From: Octopus vulgaris
Lineage: Eukaryota
Assembly: GCA_951406725.2 (NCBI GenBank)
Contig: OX597822.1
Span: 50,282,001-50,346,000 of the forward strand
Length of the DNA: 64,000 nt
Direction: 5' to 3'
Shown here one piece after another: positions 1 through 13,165 of the stretch (position 1 is the stretch's first letter; each line of letters starts with the position of its first letter). Under the pieces are notes generated by a model. It was given only the letters and a program-made list of their open reading frames with translations, did not search any database and was not told the DNA's origin. The translations under genes and the position numbers were made by a program.

Positions 1-173
1 ATAATCTCCGCGCTGCAGCTATCATCACCATATATACAAGACGAGAGACCGAGAGGATTGCAACAAGTATCGGGACATTCACGCCTGAGCATTGCAAATA
101 ATATCCTCACCCGTAGCCTACACAATCGCCTCCTCATTCTCGCGGAAGACGTCCTCTCTGAGTGCTTTTGTTA

Positions 174-208
<35 letters not shown>

Positions 209-480
209 TTAACTGAAAATTTTTATTCACCTTTTGTTTTGAGTGAATTTGTGAGTGACTGTCAGCGAAACGTTGAGAAACGTTATGTATGTATGTATGT
301 ATGTATGGCTTCAGCGACACACGCACACAGGTACACACATACACACACACACGTACACACGCACACAGAGGGCACACCAACTTCAAAAGAACTTCCCCGA
401 TCCAATCGCACTCTCTGTGTCTCTTTCGCTTTTACGCCGACTTGAAAAGATACCTTTCTCCCATCCCGCATATATAAAAG
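1..480. promoter_or_regulatory. Possible core promoter / 5' end of a gene at the window edge (orientation uncertain)
   Basis: TATATAAAAG at 471-480 in locally CpG-richer, non-TE-like sequence with (GA)n/(CA)n tracts. A minus-strand ATG at 92 stays open to the edge (MLRRECPDTCCNPLGLSSCIYGDDSCSAEI). Confidence 0.2.
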
Positions 481-1602
481 ATAAAAAATTACGGGAAGCG
501 ACGACCTTCTTCACAAACATAAACAAAAACACGTGCCCCATAGTTTGCCATCTATGGTACTCATACTGTAATTTAGCCAGTCTGTGAATAATGTAAGACC
601 TTTGGCAGTGTACAGCAGTAAATGCAGACAGCCCTATTACTGATTAGTGCACAGTGTACACCCATCCGATGGTCTCACTTCTGAAGACAGCATCTTCTTC
701 TCAGACTTCAACGCGTGCTCATGGCTTGCATCTGTTTCATCTATTATGGGCCCAGATATAGTACACGGGGACATCTACATACAAAAGTGTTCGGGCAAAC
801 AGATCACATTGGCATAATTTGAAGAAAAATGCGGAAGTGGTTTCTGAATACGTTTCGATCATTGTCTTCTGTGAAATATAGACGCTGGCTATTTTCAAGG
901 TGTCCAGATATATTTTAAGAAGGTGTTGCTACACGTAAACAGGGCGTGACTTTTGTGATGACAGTGCATTTGTCTGAAAGCAGAACAGTTCGTCATGCAG
1001 CGCTTGTCAATTGGCTGAAGTAACATGAAAGGAATCGTCAATCAAGGTATATTAGTGAATAAATCACTAACCGAAATAAGTGGATTGTTTAGGAAAAGAC
1101 TATTTACTTCTCTAAGGTTTGTACTGGATAATTTACGAAAATAACTCTGACAGTCCAAATACTAAGAAATAAACATACTCATCTTGATTTATACTAAATA
1201 ATATAGGAATGGTTTATTTCCATTGGCTAGGAAAATGAATGGGTTCTTTCTCTTGGGTGTTAATAGTTATATGTGTGGATCTCTTCCAGGAACCTTAGTC
1301 ATCCAATTCTAGATTTTTATTAATCTTCAATGAGCTTAGTAACAAACTGAATGTTGCCTTAGCACGTTTGGAAAGAGTTACACGAAAATTCCTTAGCGGG
1401 TATAGACGGCCATTTGACAAACAGACAAACACAGAGAGAACGTGATTATATATATATATATATATATATACGAATGTATATGTATGGATGTATTTACGCA
1501 TTTATATAAGTATAGATATACACACACATATATAAACACCTAGGCATATATATACCTATATAAATATATCAATATATATAGATATACATTATATGGGTGT
1601 AC

Positions 1603-1642
<40 letters not shown>

Positions 1643-1646
<4 letters not shown>

Positions 1647-1761
1647 AAAGTTTACGAAATAAAACAAAAGACGAAGACAGGTGGTGTACAAAACAAACAG
1701 ATGTATTAGTATAACGCTCAGGAATAAAAAAAAGTCTTTTACGTTTCGAGCCTACGCTCTT
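1643..1761 (-). mobile_element. Short HHR-bearing PLE-type element, family H2, truncated within the ribozyme core
   Basis: Near-identical to 40016-40135. Minus strand reads AA-GAGC-GTAG-GCTC-GAAACGTA-AAAG. Flanked by (TA)n on both sides. Confidence 0.7.
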
Positions 1762-3129
1762 ATATATATATATTATAGCTACACACACACATATACATAC
1801 ACATCTATATGTGTATGTGTGTGTGTGTGTGGTGTGCGTGTGTGTGCATGTTTGTTTTTTGGTGTACATAAATCTTGTGTACTGTACGAAGAAACAAATG
1901 TACTACTATTCACGTAAACCTTCGATAGGAAATATGGCAAATATAAATATAACCTCAATAGACATTAGCTTTTTTATGCTGCAATACAAATTATAACTTT
2001 TTTAGTGAAAATCGAATAAAAACAAATGTGTTTGTTTTTTCTGCACTTTTTTTCCTGCAGACAACCAAGATAATAATCACATTTACCGTTTGAGGAAACA
2101 GATAAGAATCTATAAACAACTTTTTAAAAATTGTATTTTATAGCTATTTTCTTTCCTATTAGTAGAAGAAAATAAAAGTCAATTGATTATTTTTTTTAAA
2201 GATTTTCGGTTTTTACTTTTGCAATTTTTGCGATGCAATCGCTAAAATAAACATTCTTCAGATTTATCATTATATTATTGGACTAAAGAAACAGGTTTTC
2301 ATATAAGTCTCCGAGCTTTTCATTACAATGTAATATTTAACGGACAAAATATATTGATTAAGAATTTGTCGTATTCACTTTACAAATTTACTGTGATTTA
2401 GATGCAAATCTCAAAGAAAAAAAAATGATGAAAATCATTTCTTATGCGCGATATATCGTGTAAAATGGAAATATGAATTTTCAGAAATTAATTTCTATTG
2501 AAAATTTCTGTTGTTCAGTTCATATATTCTTTATATCGACTGAATATACTTCAAATAACAAGTACAAATAGTAAATTATGTTGCAGTATGGAATCACTGG
2601 AAAAAAGGTTTATATATTAGGACATAGAAAATGTTTCGAACATAGCTTTGTGAGAACGAGCCTAAATTATTTCAAGAGGGAGATACTATCAGGTTTAATG
2701 CGATACAAACGTTGGATTTTATAAAACGTCAGAAGTCCTTCATGAGAATTAAATTATTCGTAACATTTCCCTTATGTAAAGAGCATTCCCAACAAGACAA
2801 CCAATCTCAAGTAGACAATTAAACACAAGAAAATAAAGAATAGATTTCACAAACGGAGACCTTTGCATGTCTCTGACATGTCAGTAGTCAAAAATTACAC
2901 AAATTATTGCCAAAGGTTAATTCTTTATTTCTTAAAATTATGTCTCCATGCTAAGAACTACTGTTATGCTTTTTTCCCCTTTTTTGAACAACTGCGATGA
3001 ATTATGTTTAAATATTTATTTTATCGTCGTTTTCAGCACATCGCAGTATAATTTATACATATTTATGATATATGCTCCATTTGAATTCTTTGAATTCTGC
3101 TATACAAAAAAAAAGCCTGAAATTATGGA

Positions 3130-3305
3130 GAGGGGACTTGTCGATTTCATCAACGCCAATACTCAAATGATACTCAAATTATCGACACCGAAATGATGGA
3201 ATGCAAAGACAACCACGTCGGAATTTGAACGCAGAACCTAAAGGCAGGCAAATGTCGTAAAATATTTTCCCCAGTGTGCTAACGATTCTGCTAGTTCACC
3301 GCCGA
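3130..3305 (-). mobile_element. SINE family B, degenerate copy
   Basis: Reverse complement similar to 37785-38017 (ggaatttgaac..agaac, ctaacgattctgc..cgcc). Confidence 0.6.
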
Positions 3306-3830
3306 TTAAGCAAGAAAATATATTTAGAGATATTTTGCAATATACGTTCGGTGTTATTAAACATATATTAAACCAACAATGTTAACGTAAGATTTTCATG
3401 CAGTGGGAGTCAATGTGTATTTTGACGTAACAGGCTTTACAATGTATCATATATTAAAAATATCTCATAAGTCATCTTTCCAGAAAGCCCATCTCAAGAC
3501 TTACTAATTATACATAAATAAGTCCAATACATGACATTTATGGGTGCACAACTCGAAAACCAGATAAAACTTATGCTCTATGAAAGGATTTTTAACTACT
3601 TTAATTACGCAGTGGTTGTTGTCTGGTTTGACTCCCTACACTGCTTAACCGCATGTATATATAATTTTGATTAACGAAAAGTAAAAAAAACTAATAAAAA
3701 TTTAGCAGTGACTTTTAATGAACTGAATACTAATGTCCTCGTATTTTCTAAATATGTATGTGCTGAACTAAATATATATATATATGAGTTGAAACTGGAA
3801 AAATCAAACTGGAAAAATCAAAATCAAAAT

Positions 3831-3915
<85 letters not shown>

Positions 3916-4188
3916 CATATAGATATATTCGAGCTAGAACATGGAGGTTCATCACAGTTAATACAAAAGCGTCCCAAATAAACAAAAGTAAGATGGAATA
4001 TGAAAGAGATATGAAAGAAAGAAATATGGAAGCCCAATATATTAAAAACATATACTCTTCCATTATCGGGCTTTAAAGTCCGTAGGTAAAATAGTGATCT
4101 AGCAATGGTGTAGGGAAAACTATTTTGGTGTTATTTCAACATGAAGGGGGAAACAAGATGTTTTAAAAGTTATGAAAAGAAATTAGCA

Positions 4189-4220
<32 letters not shown>

Positions 4221-4739
4221 ATGAAAATTACTAACATGCCTATAAAAGGGCATTACCTGTGCTAACATAAATAACTCTAGTTAATATTTATCCAAAATAT
4301 TACAGTAGTGTTTTATGATAGCGTACTTACAGAAATATAACAGAGAACACCACCTGTTGTCCGCAATGGGACACCGATCTCTACAATTGGTCAATAACAT
4401 TTGAACCGAGGGCAAATGTTAAAACCGTTCCAATGGATGTGTAAATAAAAGAAAAATGAGTAAATAAGTAATTGGGTGCGGGAGAGAAGACCATGTTAGA
4501 AGTGGTACGAAGCCGTTATATCCTTCTGTAGCTTTTCGACAATACAGAAATAAGAAAAATAAATAGATAAATTCGGTCAAATTAATACAATAAATTATAA
4601 TTAAGGGAGAAACAACTCGTACAGATATTACACCAGAATATATATTTTAAAAAAACTGCTAAAATAAAGCTCCAGTACGAACATTTCAGAGTGTTTAGGT
4701 GTCAATCTGAGTATAGTGCATGCACTAAGAGTGATAAAA

Positions 4740-5339
4740 ATCAAACATTCAGGCACATCATGGTGTTTGAAGCGATCACTAGTGATGGTGACGTTATGCC
4801 TCCATTTATCGTCTCACACGGCCTCACACTCAACACGGATGCCCATACCAAGTACCTGGAGGAAATAATGCTACCTGGGTCAAGTGGGTGGCTGCTGGAA
4901 GACCCTATGTCTAGTAACAGGATTCTGCACCATACCACACAAACAGGAGAACCCAATCATCGCTGTCAGACAATTTCTGAGACTATACCAGCCCTAACAT
5001 CTGGCCACATAACTCCTCAAACGGCAACAGCCTTGATTATTTTGTGTGGGGCGCAGCTGAGTCAGAGACCAACAAAACTCTTTGTAATACCAAAGATGAA
5101 ATTAAGGAAGGATTATGGCAGCATTCACCAAATTGAACAAGGAGACAGTCCAGAAGAGTTGCAGGAGATTCCGAAGTCATCTGGAGACTCTGCTTGGAGC
5201 AATGTTGATTTTACTCAATTTAATCTTTAGTATTTCAGGATATTGCTATGTAATCTTAGTAAATATATCTGTTAAAATGAGATGTCAGTGTTATTTTCAT
5301 TTTTGCGTAATTTAGACAATATGTTCACTACACCCTGTA
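4740..5339 (+). mobile_element. Tc1/mariner-superfamily transposon remnant (3' half plus right TIR)
   Basis: Frameshifted translation IMVFEAITSDGDVMPPFI..QDSAPYHT..IWPHNS..LDYFVWG..CRRFRSHLE. Terminal caccctg-TA at about 5331-5339. Confidence 0.8.
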
Positions 5340-5394
5340 TATATGAGACGCTCTCTTTTCATTTCTGTTCTAGTAATCAAATCTCAAATGTTTG

Positions 5395-5505
5395 AACGGC
5401 CCGAGGCTATAGTTGAAAGCACTTGCCCAAGGTTCCGTCACGCTGCGGAAGCCGGAAACATGTCGTTGTGAAGTAAGTTTCTTACCACACAGCTCCGTCT
5501 GTGCC
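5395..5505 (-). mobile_element. SINE family A, 5' head fragment
   Basis: ggcccgaggctatag..cacttgcccaagg..cttaccacacagc is the reverse complement of the head at 7736. Confidence 0.65.
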
Positions 5506-5699
5506 TATATTTTCACACACACACACATAAAATATAAATGAGTAACTAAGAGGTACAGGTGTCCATTCATTACGGCCGTTTGAATTCATTACGACTCCTT
5601 TGAGTAATGAAAATATTACATCATTGTAATTAAACTGTTTTCGTCATATGAATTCATGATCTTCAACATATTTAGCCAAAAAATTAGTTAAAAACATAT

Positions 5700-7620
5700 A
5701 TAAAAACACATATAGGAATGTGCAGGCTGCCGTTTTGCACATCAAAGACCCTGCCACATAAACACGAAACAGGTCAGAAACCAACTACCAAAAGAAAAAG
5801 GAATGGACCACGCACCACCTGCCCCAAAACAGAGGTACGCAGATGGGGTAAGTGCTACAAACCGCCAACATGTTATTGAAAGGGCAGCTGCTGAACAAGA
5901 ATCTTTTTTGTGCATGGCACAAAAGAATGTACAGCAGCTAACCTGGTTCCATCAAACTCAAACTCGCAGATGGGACTATCCACAATACACAAGACCGCCA
6001 CAGCAAATAGACCCAAGGTGGACACCGCCGGCAACAGCATACACCTCACCTCGATGCTCCTACTTAACATCAGAGGACTGCTAACACTCAGTAATTGGAT
6101 AAAAATCCCGTTCTTGAGAGACTTTGTTGCATGCAATCAAGCCTTATGCATAGCACTTACGGAAACACACCTGAAACCGGACATAGCAGATGCAGAATTA
6201 CACATACCACAGTATGATGTACTACGGACGGACAGAAAAGAAAGGAGTCATGGAGGAGTTGCTATGTACATCCGTGAGGACCTCACACACCAGGACCTTT
6301 TGTCATACTCAAACTCGGTGTGTGACACACTAATTGTACATATAAGGCAACTTGGTGTAGTTGTGTGTGCTACATATCGCCCTCCAGAAGCCGCAAGACA
6401 TGTAGGCAAGTTTGAATACTGCCTTATAAAAATAGAAGTTCTAGTCACATTAGAAGAACACATAAGTGTAATTCTTATGGGAGACTTCAATCAACCCAAT
6501 GTCAGATGGCCCGAGGGCCTTTCTCTCCCAGAAATGACACGATGTGAACGAGGACAGGCGAGGTCCCTCCTGAACCTCATCAACACTCTGTACATGGAGC
6601 AAGTAATACTCCAACCAACCAGGGCAGGTAACATACTGGATCTCTGCTTCACAAATAATATGGATCTCATCCATAATGTGAAAGTGACACCAACACTACT
6701 CTCGGATCACAACATGGTAGAGCTGACTATGTACGGGCCAAAGGAAAGCATGGACATGCAGCCTACAAGAAACTCTCAGAATCTTTCCAGCTTGAACTTC
6801 CATAAGGCAAACTGGAAATAAATTGAGAAAGAGATCATCAAACAAAACTGGCCTGAATGTCTATCCTCAACAGACATCGACATGAAACTTCAATAATTCA
6901 TGTCTGTAATGCAAGCCATATGCTACAAATGTGTCCCAGAGAGAAAGGCCACTGTACACAAGAGCAAAATCCCCAGAGAGAGGAAAATTCTAATGAGACG
7001 GCGTACAAAAGTTTCAAATCGCCTAAACAAACGAATTGAAAGCAGTGAAAAGTTCCGCCTGAAAATAAAGCTGTTGGAAATTGAAAAATGTCTGTAACTC
7101 TCCCATGAAAAACAAAGAAGCCGGGGCTATAGACAACACAAAATCTAACCCCAGAGCTTCCTACAGGTATGCCAAAGAAACAGCTACGGTGCACTGTAGG
7201 ATAGGGCCACTCCTTGAAGAGGATGGCACACTCACAGGAAATCCAATGAGGGTAAGTGAAATACTAAATGAGCAATTCAAGTGTATTTTCACTCCACCCC
7301 TAGGGAATTTTCAAGTCAGCAATCCAACTGACTTCTTTACCACTGTAGATATAAAATCAGAGGGAGCGATGATTGATTACATCAATATAAAGGAAGACGA
7401 TGTAATAAAGGCTATTGATGAAATGAAAACAAACTCAGCTAAGGATTCCCTTCTAAAAGTATGTAAGAGAGTCCTAGCAAGACCACTGTAGTTCCTCTTT
7501 CAGAGCTTCCTTGCAAGAGTCCTAGCAAGACCACTGTAGTTCCTCTTTCAGAGCTTCCTTGCAACTGGTAAACTCACAAGAAAACTGAAGGAAGGTAAAA
7601 TATGCGCCAAATGGCAATTG
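5700..7620 (+). mobile_element. CR1/L2-group non-LTR retrotransposon: APE endonuclease and ORF2 N-terminal part (pseudogenised)
   Basis: ORF 5910-6821 has APE motifs NIRGL, LTETHL, DR..GGVAMY, YRPP, GDFN, PTR..NILDL and SDH. Downstream frames give NEQFKCIFT with stops and frameshifts. Confidence 0.9.
7468..7563 (+). repeat. Perfect 48-bp tandem duplication inside the LINE
   Basis: agagtcctagcaagaccactgtagttcctctttcagagcttccttgca occurs twice. Confidence 0.9.
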
Positions 7621-7735
7621 CTAAAATGCATTCGTAAAGTAAAATCATGTAGCAATACCAAATGGCGGTGCCCCAGCATGGCCACAGCTTGTGAGCTAAA
7701 ACTAGATAAATAAAAATAAATAAATGTATGAGATA

Positions 7736-8138
7736 GGCGCAGGAGTGGCTGTGTGGTAAGTAGCTTGTTTACCAACCACATGGTCCCGGGTTCAGTCCCA
7801 CTGCGTGGCACCTTGGGCAAGTGTCTTCTACTATAGCCTCGGGCCGACCAAAGCCCTGTGAGTGGATTTAGTAGACGGAAACTGAAAGAAGCCCGTCGTA
7901 TATACGTATATATATGCGTGTGTGTGTGTTTGTGTGTCTGTGTTTGTCCCCCTAGCATTGCATGACAACCAATGCTGGTGTGTTTATGTCCCCGTTATCT
8001 AACGGTTCGGCAAAAGACACCGATAGAATAAGTACTGGGCTTACAAAAGAATAAGTCCCGGGGTCGAGTTGCTCGATTAAAGGCGGTGCTCCAGCATGGC
8101 CGCAGTCAAATGACTGAAATAAGTAAAAGAGTAAAGAG
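7736..8138 (+). mobile_element. tRNA-derived CORE-type SINE, family A, full length
   Basis: A box TGGCTGTGTGG, B box GGTTCAGTCC, CORE-like ccttgggcaagt, internal (TA)/(TG) tract, tail ggcggtgctccagcatggccgcagtc..gtaaaagag. Other copies at 14672 and 59938. Confidence 0.9.
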
Positions 8139-8140
8139 AT

Positions 8141-8312
8141 AGATATATGAAAATTTAGACTTTTGACTCATAAGCTAATAACGAATGTATTTAAATAAAT
8201 GTATGTAAAAGGATATAAACATAAAATATACACGGTATGATTATATCGTTATATTTAAAATACATTATATTCCTTATTAGATTATGAGCCAAAATTCTAA
8301 ATTTTTGTATCT
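8141..8312. repeat. Imperfect inverted repeat (hairpin / MITE-like)
   Basis: aaaatttagacttttgactcataagctaataacgaat pairs with attccttattagattatgagccaaaattctaaatttt. Confidence 0.7.
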
Positions 8313-9149
8313 AATACACTCTTAACTATATATATTTTAAAGATATTTTTATCTACACTTTTTCCTAATAATTTTAAATATAATTTGCGTCACTTATATA
8401 TCTAATCATTTAAATTTGTTTTAATGCTATAACATTATAAGTATGCTAAATCGTGACTTGATCCTACCCCTATTTAATTTAGTTTAGAATTTTAAACCAT
8501 TATTTCTCAAGATGTTTAATACATTAATGAATCTAAGTAAATTCAGTTTTCTTTATCTTACTTTCTTTCACTATCACCCCCTCCACATCACTTTCTCCAT
8601 TATTACTACCCTATGCCTTGGCCACTTTACGAAGATTAAGCTGACATATAATCCTATCACTTTAGATAATTTAGTAGGCTGGCCTGACATTAATTGCTTC
8701 TCTCACCACTGACCAGTACACAGTATACAGCTTACTTGAGATAAAAATCCAGACGATCAGAGCTGGATATATAATTTTGAACAAGGAATTAGCAGCGCCA
8801 CCTCTAAGCGAGCAGTTATTCGGTACCGTGGAAGAAAAATATCCCAGAAATTGCTGTCCGCAGATATTGCTTTGTGGTGAGAAGAGATGCTAAACTCCCC
8901 AGTTCTAATTTATAAGGACACAGATGGTGTGTCGTATAGCCAGCTGGAGACGATGTTTTCTGGGGCTAAATAACAGTAACTTTCATCCCAACCGGGGCTG
9001 TCACATTATGTTGGCCAATAATCTTTACTTTAAAGTACTATTACTGAATGCCTCTCCTTGACAGATTTAGAAATAATAATGTTTGAAATTTTCCGTATTA
9101 CCAAGGGTAAGGCACTAGTGTGTCCGCAAGTAGAAACTTTTCACAGACA

Positions 9150-9850
9150 GCTTTAGTACGACGCTGCAGCTGGTCACTGAATATCCTGGTGCTGACGTTG
9201 GTATCTACATCTGGTAACCAACTGACGTCTGTCTCTTAAACCTGACGCACCTGCAAGTTCACAGCTCACAACAGAAACAGTGGAACAAAGCAACCCCCGA
9301 GTAGTTTTAAACATGTTGTTTCCCTCAATGTCCACAACCGTACAACGCAACCCCCAACGCTTTGGCTGAGACATCATTTTCAAGTAAACACAAGTAACCT
9401 ATCAACTCACACCGCAGCAAGGATATCACACATCTCATCACCGCTGGGAAGATTGAACTAATGACTGCCGTCTAGCTCGGCTGCCTGAATTACACCATAT
9501 CCTTAGATGGCAAAATCGAGAAGGAAGTTGAAAAGAGACACGCCAAGACAAACAGACAAACATTTATTGAGCGATTATATCAGTACTGCCTTCGCATCAT
9601 TCTCAGAATTCACTAGATTGATTTTGCACTAACGCCGAGGTCGCAGAGAAGGCGAAGTTTACCAGCATCGAAACATTTCTGTGAGACACACTGCTACGCT
9701 GCGAAAGACAGATCACGGTGATGGGGGATCATCGACATTTCAAGATCACGCAGTATGGCGGACTCTCCTGTAGTCACAGAAATGGAGGAGAACTTAAAAG
9801 AAGCGGTACAGCATCTTCCTAAAGACATTTATTCGTGCCTTTCGCCCATG
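9150..9850 (+). mobile_element. RTE-clade LINE, degenerate RT C-terminal fragment
   Basis: ISLDGKIEKEVEKRHAK..ERLYQYCLRIILRIH..TNAEV..TSIETFL..YG.L..RNGG. Confidence 0.7.
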
Positions 9851-10464
9851 GGCCGTGAGATAGCTACTTATCAGTCTCTTAAAACTGTATTATGTTTGGG
9901 TAGTATTTGTTGCACAAAACAATAGATCTCCTATGAGCAACCAGTCCCACTGAGAAAAAGATTATGTCGCTAAATATGGATGATTTTTTTACGTCCTCTT
10001 CCTTGCACTTGTGACCTTGTTCAGCCTAACTATGATTTTTATGATCTAACTATGATCATTGCAACGTTATTTGGAAATAAAAGAGTGTATGAATTGTGAA
10101 TAGGATACGAATGATATTCAAAGTTTCTTTGTTTTGAAACTCGAACAATTTATGCTTTTGAATCCAATCCTTGCCAATTGTATGAGATTATTTTATGGAT
10201 AAACAGAGAAAATAGCGCGTGGTGTAACGAATGAGGTACATTTCACAGGCAAAATATATATCATCGTTACGTTTCGAGTAAAGACACGCGAAGCAAAATC
10301 ATTCGTTGTGGATAATACAATCTATCTGTTTGTCAGAGACTTGTTAGAACTCTTCGATTTATGGCACTTCCTCATTATTCTTTACTGCAATAACATACAC
10401 GGTTGTCCTGTTAAAAACAAGTTTTCAGAGGAACTGAAGAAAATAAATTGAAAGATGTTTCCTG

Positions 10465-10596
10465 TAAATTAGCGGTTCGGCAAAAAAACTGATATCATAA
10501 GTACTAGGCTTGCAAAGAATAAGTCTGGGGTCGATTTGCTTGACTAAAAACGCTGCTCCAACATGGCCAGAAATGTCTGAAACAAGTAAAAGAGTA
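10465..10596 (+). mobile_element. SINE family A, 3' fragment
   Basis: agcggttcggcaaaa..ataagtact..gggtcgatttgct..tccaacatggcc..gtaaaagag. Confidence 0.75.
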
Positions 10597-10853
10597 TAGT
10601 AAAATCGTTGTACTACACTTTGACAATTTGTGATGTCGTGGCATCTGAATCAGCTGAATAGTTTGTCCAAAAGAACCGGCTATTGCAAGTAAAAATAAAT
10701 GCTGGAAAAGGCTCATTAGGCCAAATTTAGACATAGCGCATTTAAGCATATTGGCAAAGGTATGTATGTATATATATGTGAGTGAGTATGTATATGTATC
10801 TGTGTATATACATATATACATATATAGATAGATAGATATATTTACATACATAT

Positions 10854-11030
10854 ATCTATAATATAAATTGGACATGGAAGATCGATGTATTATTTCTTGT
10901 CTTGAGGTTAACAGCCAAACGGTAGGGTGGATTCGCGTGAAAAATGGCACACACGCGGAGTCTAGTGCATACATTGGAATGCGGTTAGTCCCCCTTTTTT
11001 CTTAGTCCCCCTACTTACAGAGAAAATCGA
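10854..11030 (+). mobile_element. Non-autonomous Helitron-like element, 5' end
   Basis: TCTATAATATAAATTGGACAT..tttcttgtcttg..aaacgg..ggatt..gaaaaat. Homologous to the reverse complement of about 16000-16103. Confidence 0.55.
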
Positions 11031-11271
11031 TTAAAACGTTTCTAATGGAATTCCCCTGTTTGTTCCGCCATTAAAACAACCAGTTGCTCACACAGCAGGC
11101 ATATACCATTTCCCTAGCAACAAAGGGAGTACAGGATGACAGTCAGCCAAAGAAGTCAATCATCATGACACACACCTTCACTCACTCACCCTATCTCTCT
11201 TTATCACCCTCTTTTTGTCTCACATACACACGCGGAAGCACAGACGCATGCACGCACACACAAACGCGCAC

Positions 11272-11285
11272 ACACACACACACGC

Positions 11286-11345
<60 letters not shown>
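11272..11345. repeat. (CA)n microsatellite, representative of many (TA)n, (CA)n, (GA)n and (AAT)n tracts
   Basis: Direct observation. Other long tracts include (TA)n 3833-3911, (TA)n 22604-22673, (GA)n 14405-14470 and (ATT)n 46452-46517. Confidence 0.95.
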
Positions 11346-11348
<3 letters not shown>

Positions 11349-11722
11349 CATTTCAAATATCTTCTTTCAATTTATGCTCTCTGCAAATAATTTTTTTACG
11401 GATACAAATGCTTACAAAAATAGGGATTAATGCATATTTTCTTTCTATGTTCATAATTAAATCAATGTTTTAATGATTAGACAGAGGTCCAAAAGAATAA
11501 CTCTCAGAAACAGACTACGTACACATTCGTTCTTCAGAACACCTGAAGCTGTTTTCTGGGAAGGATGGGGGAGAATCAGGGAATTTTCATATAGCTGGAG
11601 GTTCCAATCGAAACAGGGGACCCGAAATGATGAGGTTGAGAAACGCTGTTATATATTATACCTAACCGAAAACGATCACAATCACATCATCCAAACAGAC
11701 CAGGTGAAACAGGGCTTAGCTG

Positions 11723-11769
<47 letters not shown>

Positions 11770-11779
11770 CTCTTACTAA

Positions 11780-12480
11780 CTATGCAGACGACACGAAAAT
11801 ATCTCGCAGAAGATACAAAATCGAGCGATGTTGCACGCCTGCAGCAGAAGTTGGATGCAATATACAAATGGGTTGAGGATAATAGTATGCAGTTTAATTC
11901 CAGCTCTCGCTACCGGCCACTAAACTGGAGTAAAAAACATACAGGGTACACTGGCCCGAAGGAGGATTACAATCCCAGAACATAAATTAGTTCGTGACCG
12001 GAGTATGGACATGAGCGATGATACCCATGTCCAAGTGCATATTACCAAGATGGTGACAAAATGCAGACGGCTGGCTGGATTATCCTGAGAATCTTCACAA
12101 CCAGAGAAAAAAATGCCATGATTGTTTTCTGAAGGACATTCGTCCTCAGCCACCTGGACTATTGCTCCCAACTCTGGCCACCACACAATGTAAAACTGAC
12201 AGCCGACACTGAAGCAATCCAACGAACCTACACAGAGAAGATCGTCTCATTGCAATGGCGAAGCGACTGGGAAAGGCTGGAATAGCTAAGACTCTACTCC
12301 CTGAAGCGAAAGCGAGAAAGATATGCAGTAATATACATCTGAAAGATCCTGGAGAGGATTGTGCCAAATGTTGGTATTGGAAGCTACACAAATGCCAAAA
12401 CGGGTCACCACTCCAAAGACAATGAACCCAGAAATGCCGTAACGCTTCAGGACCAGTTACTGTAACTACCTGGGTCCAAG
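11780..12480 (+). mobile_element. CR1/L2-group LINE, RT C-terminal fragment
   Basis: YADDT..LQQKLDAIYKWVEDNSMQFN..CRRLAG.ILR..SHLDYCSQLWPP..EAIQR..RLYSL..RERYAVIYI. Confidence 0.85.
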
Positions 12481-12925
12481 GGCAGATTCAAAATTGTTTT
12501 GAAAACACCTACATCCACTTAGCGTAGGTCCCACAGATTTTCGATATGTGTGTGTGTGTGTAGAAAACTGCAAGCAAGAGAAATAACATTCTTAAGATTA
12601 TAAGCCTGGGAAATTACAGGAGAATATATTACACTTGGAAAAATTCAGAACAACTTATTACAGCTGGTACAGTACAGAACTAGAATCATTTTACTTAAAA
12701 CATCGGTGCTAAAGATAAGTTTTCAAATAAAATATAGATTTTAAAAATTTTAGCTGTTAATAAAACTAAAAATTTTATTACATTTTATTACTAGTATTTG
12801 TTACTAATTTTCTTTCGTCTATTAGAAGTAAAAATAACTCAAATAAAAAAAAATGAGGCATTTTAAAATAATATAGTATTTTAATTATTAATTAATAAAT
12901 CAGAAATTTGAAAAAACAATAGTTT

Positions 12926-13165
12926 ATAAAAAATAATAGTACTACATAATTAGTACAATAAATAGAATAATACAAAAATTATGTATACATTGTAAAATTT
13001 ACTTGAGTTATTGCCTAAGCTATTTATTGCCAGGTCTTCACAGTTTTAGTGTTGAGCCAATGCCTATTTGGTAATAATCGGAATTTTGAAAATAGGCTAT
13101 AAAAATAATAGTAGTACATAATTAGTTAGCACAATAAATGGGATAATACAAAAATTAGTTATATA
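12926..13165 (+). repeat. Two diverged direct copies of an AT-rich unit of about 60 bp
   Basis: aaaaataatagtactacataattag..caataaat.g.ataatacaaaaatta at about 12928 and 13101. Confidence 0.6.

Noticed and set aside
840-880. Minus-strand CAGAAGA..GAAACGTA hammerhead-like word
   Set aside because: Neither stem I nor stem II can pair.
2030-2110. Strong acceptor-like ttttttcctgcag
   Set aside because: No downstream GT donor or coding signal.
4660-4740. Minus-strand GAAATGTTCGTA resembling an HHR stem III
   Set aside because: No core or stem II upstream; interrupted by the Tc1/mariner remnant.
7736-7810. tRNA gene
   Set aside because: A and B boxes are present, but this is a SINE head continuing into CORE and tail sequence, with no complete cloverleaf.
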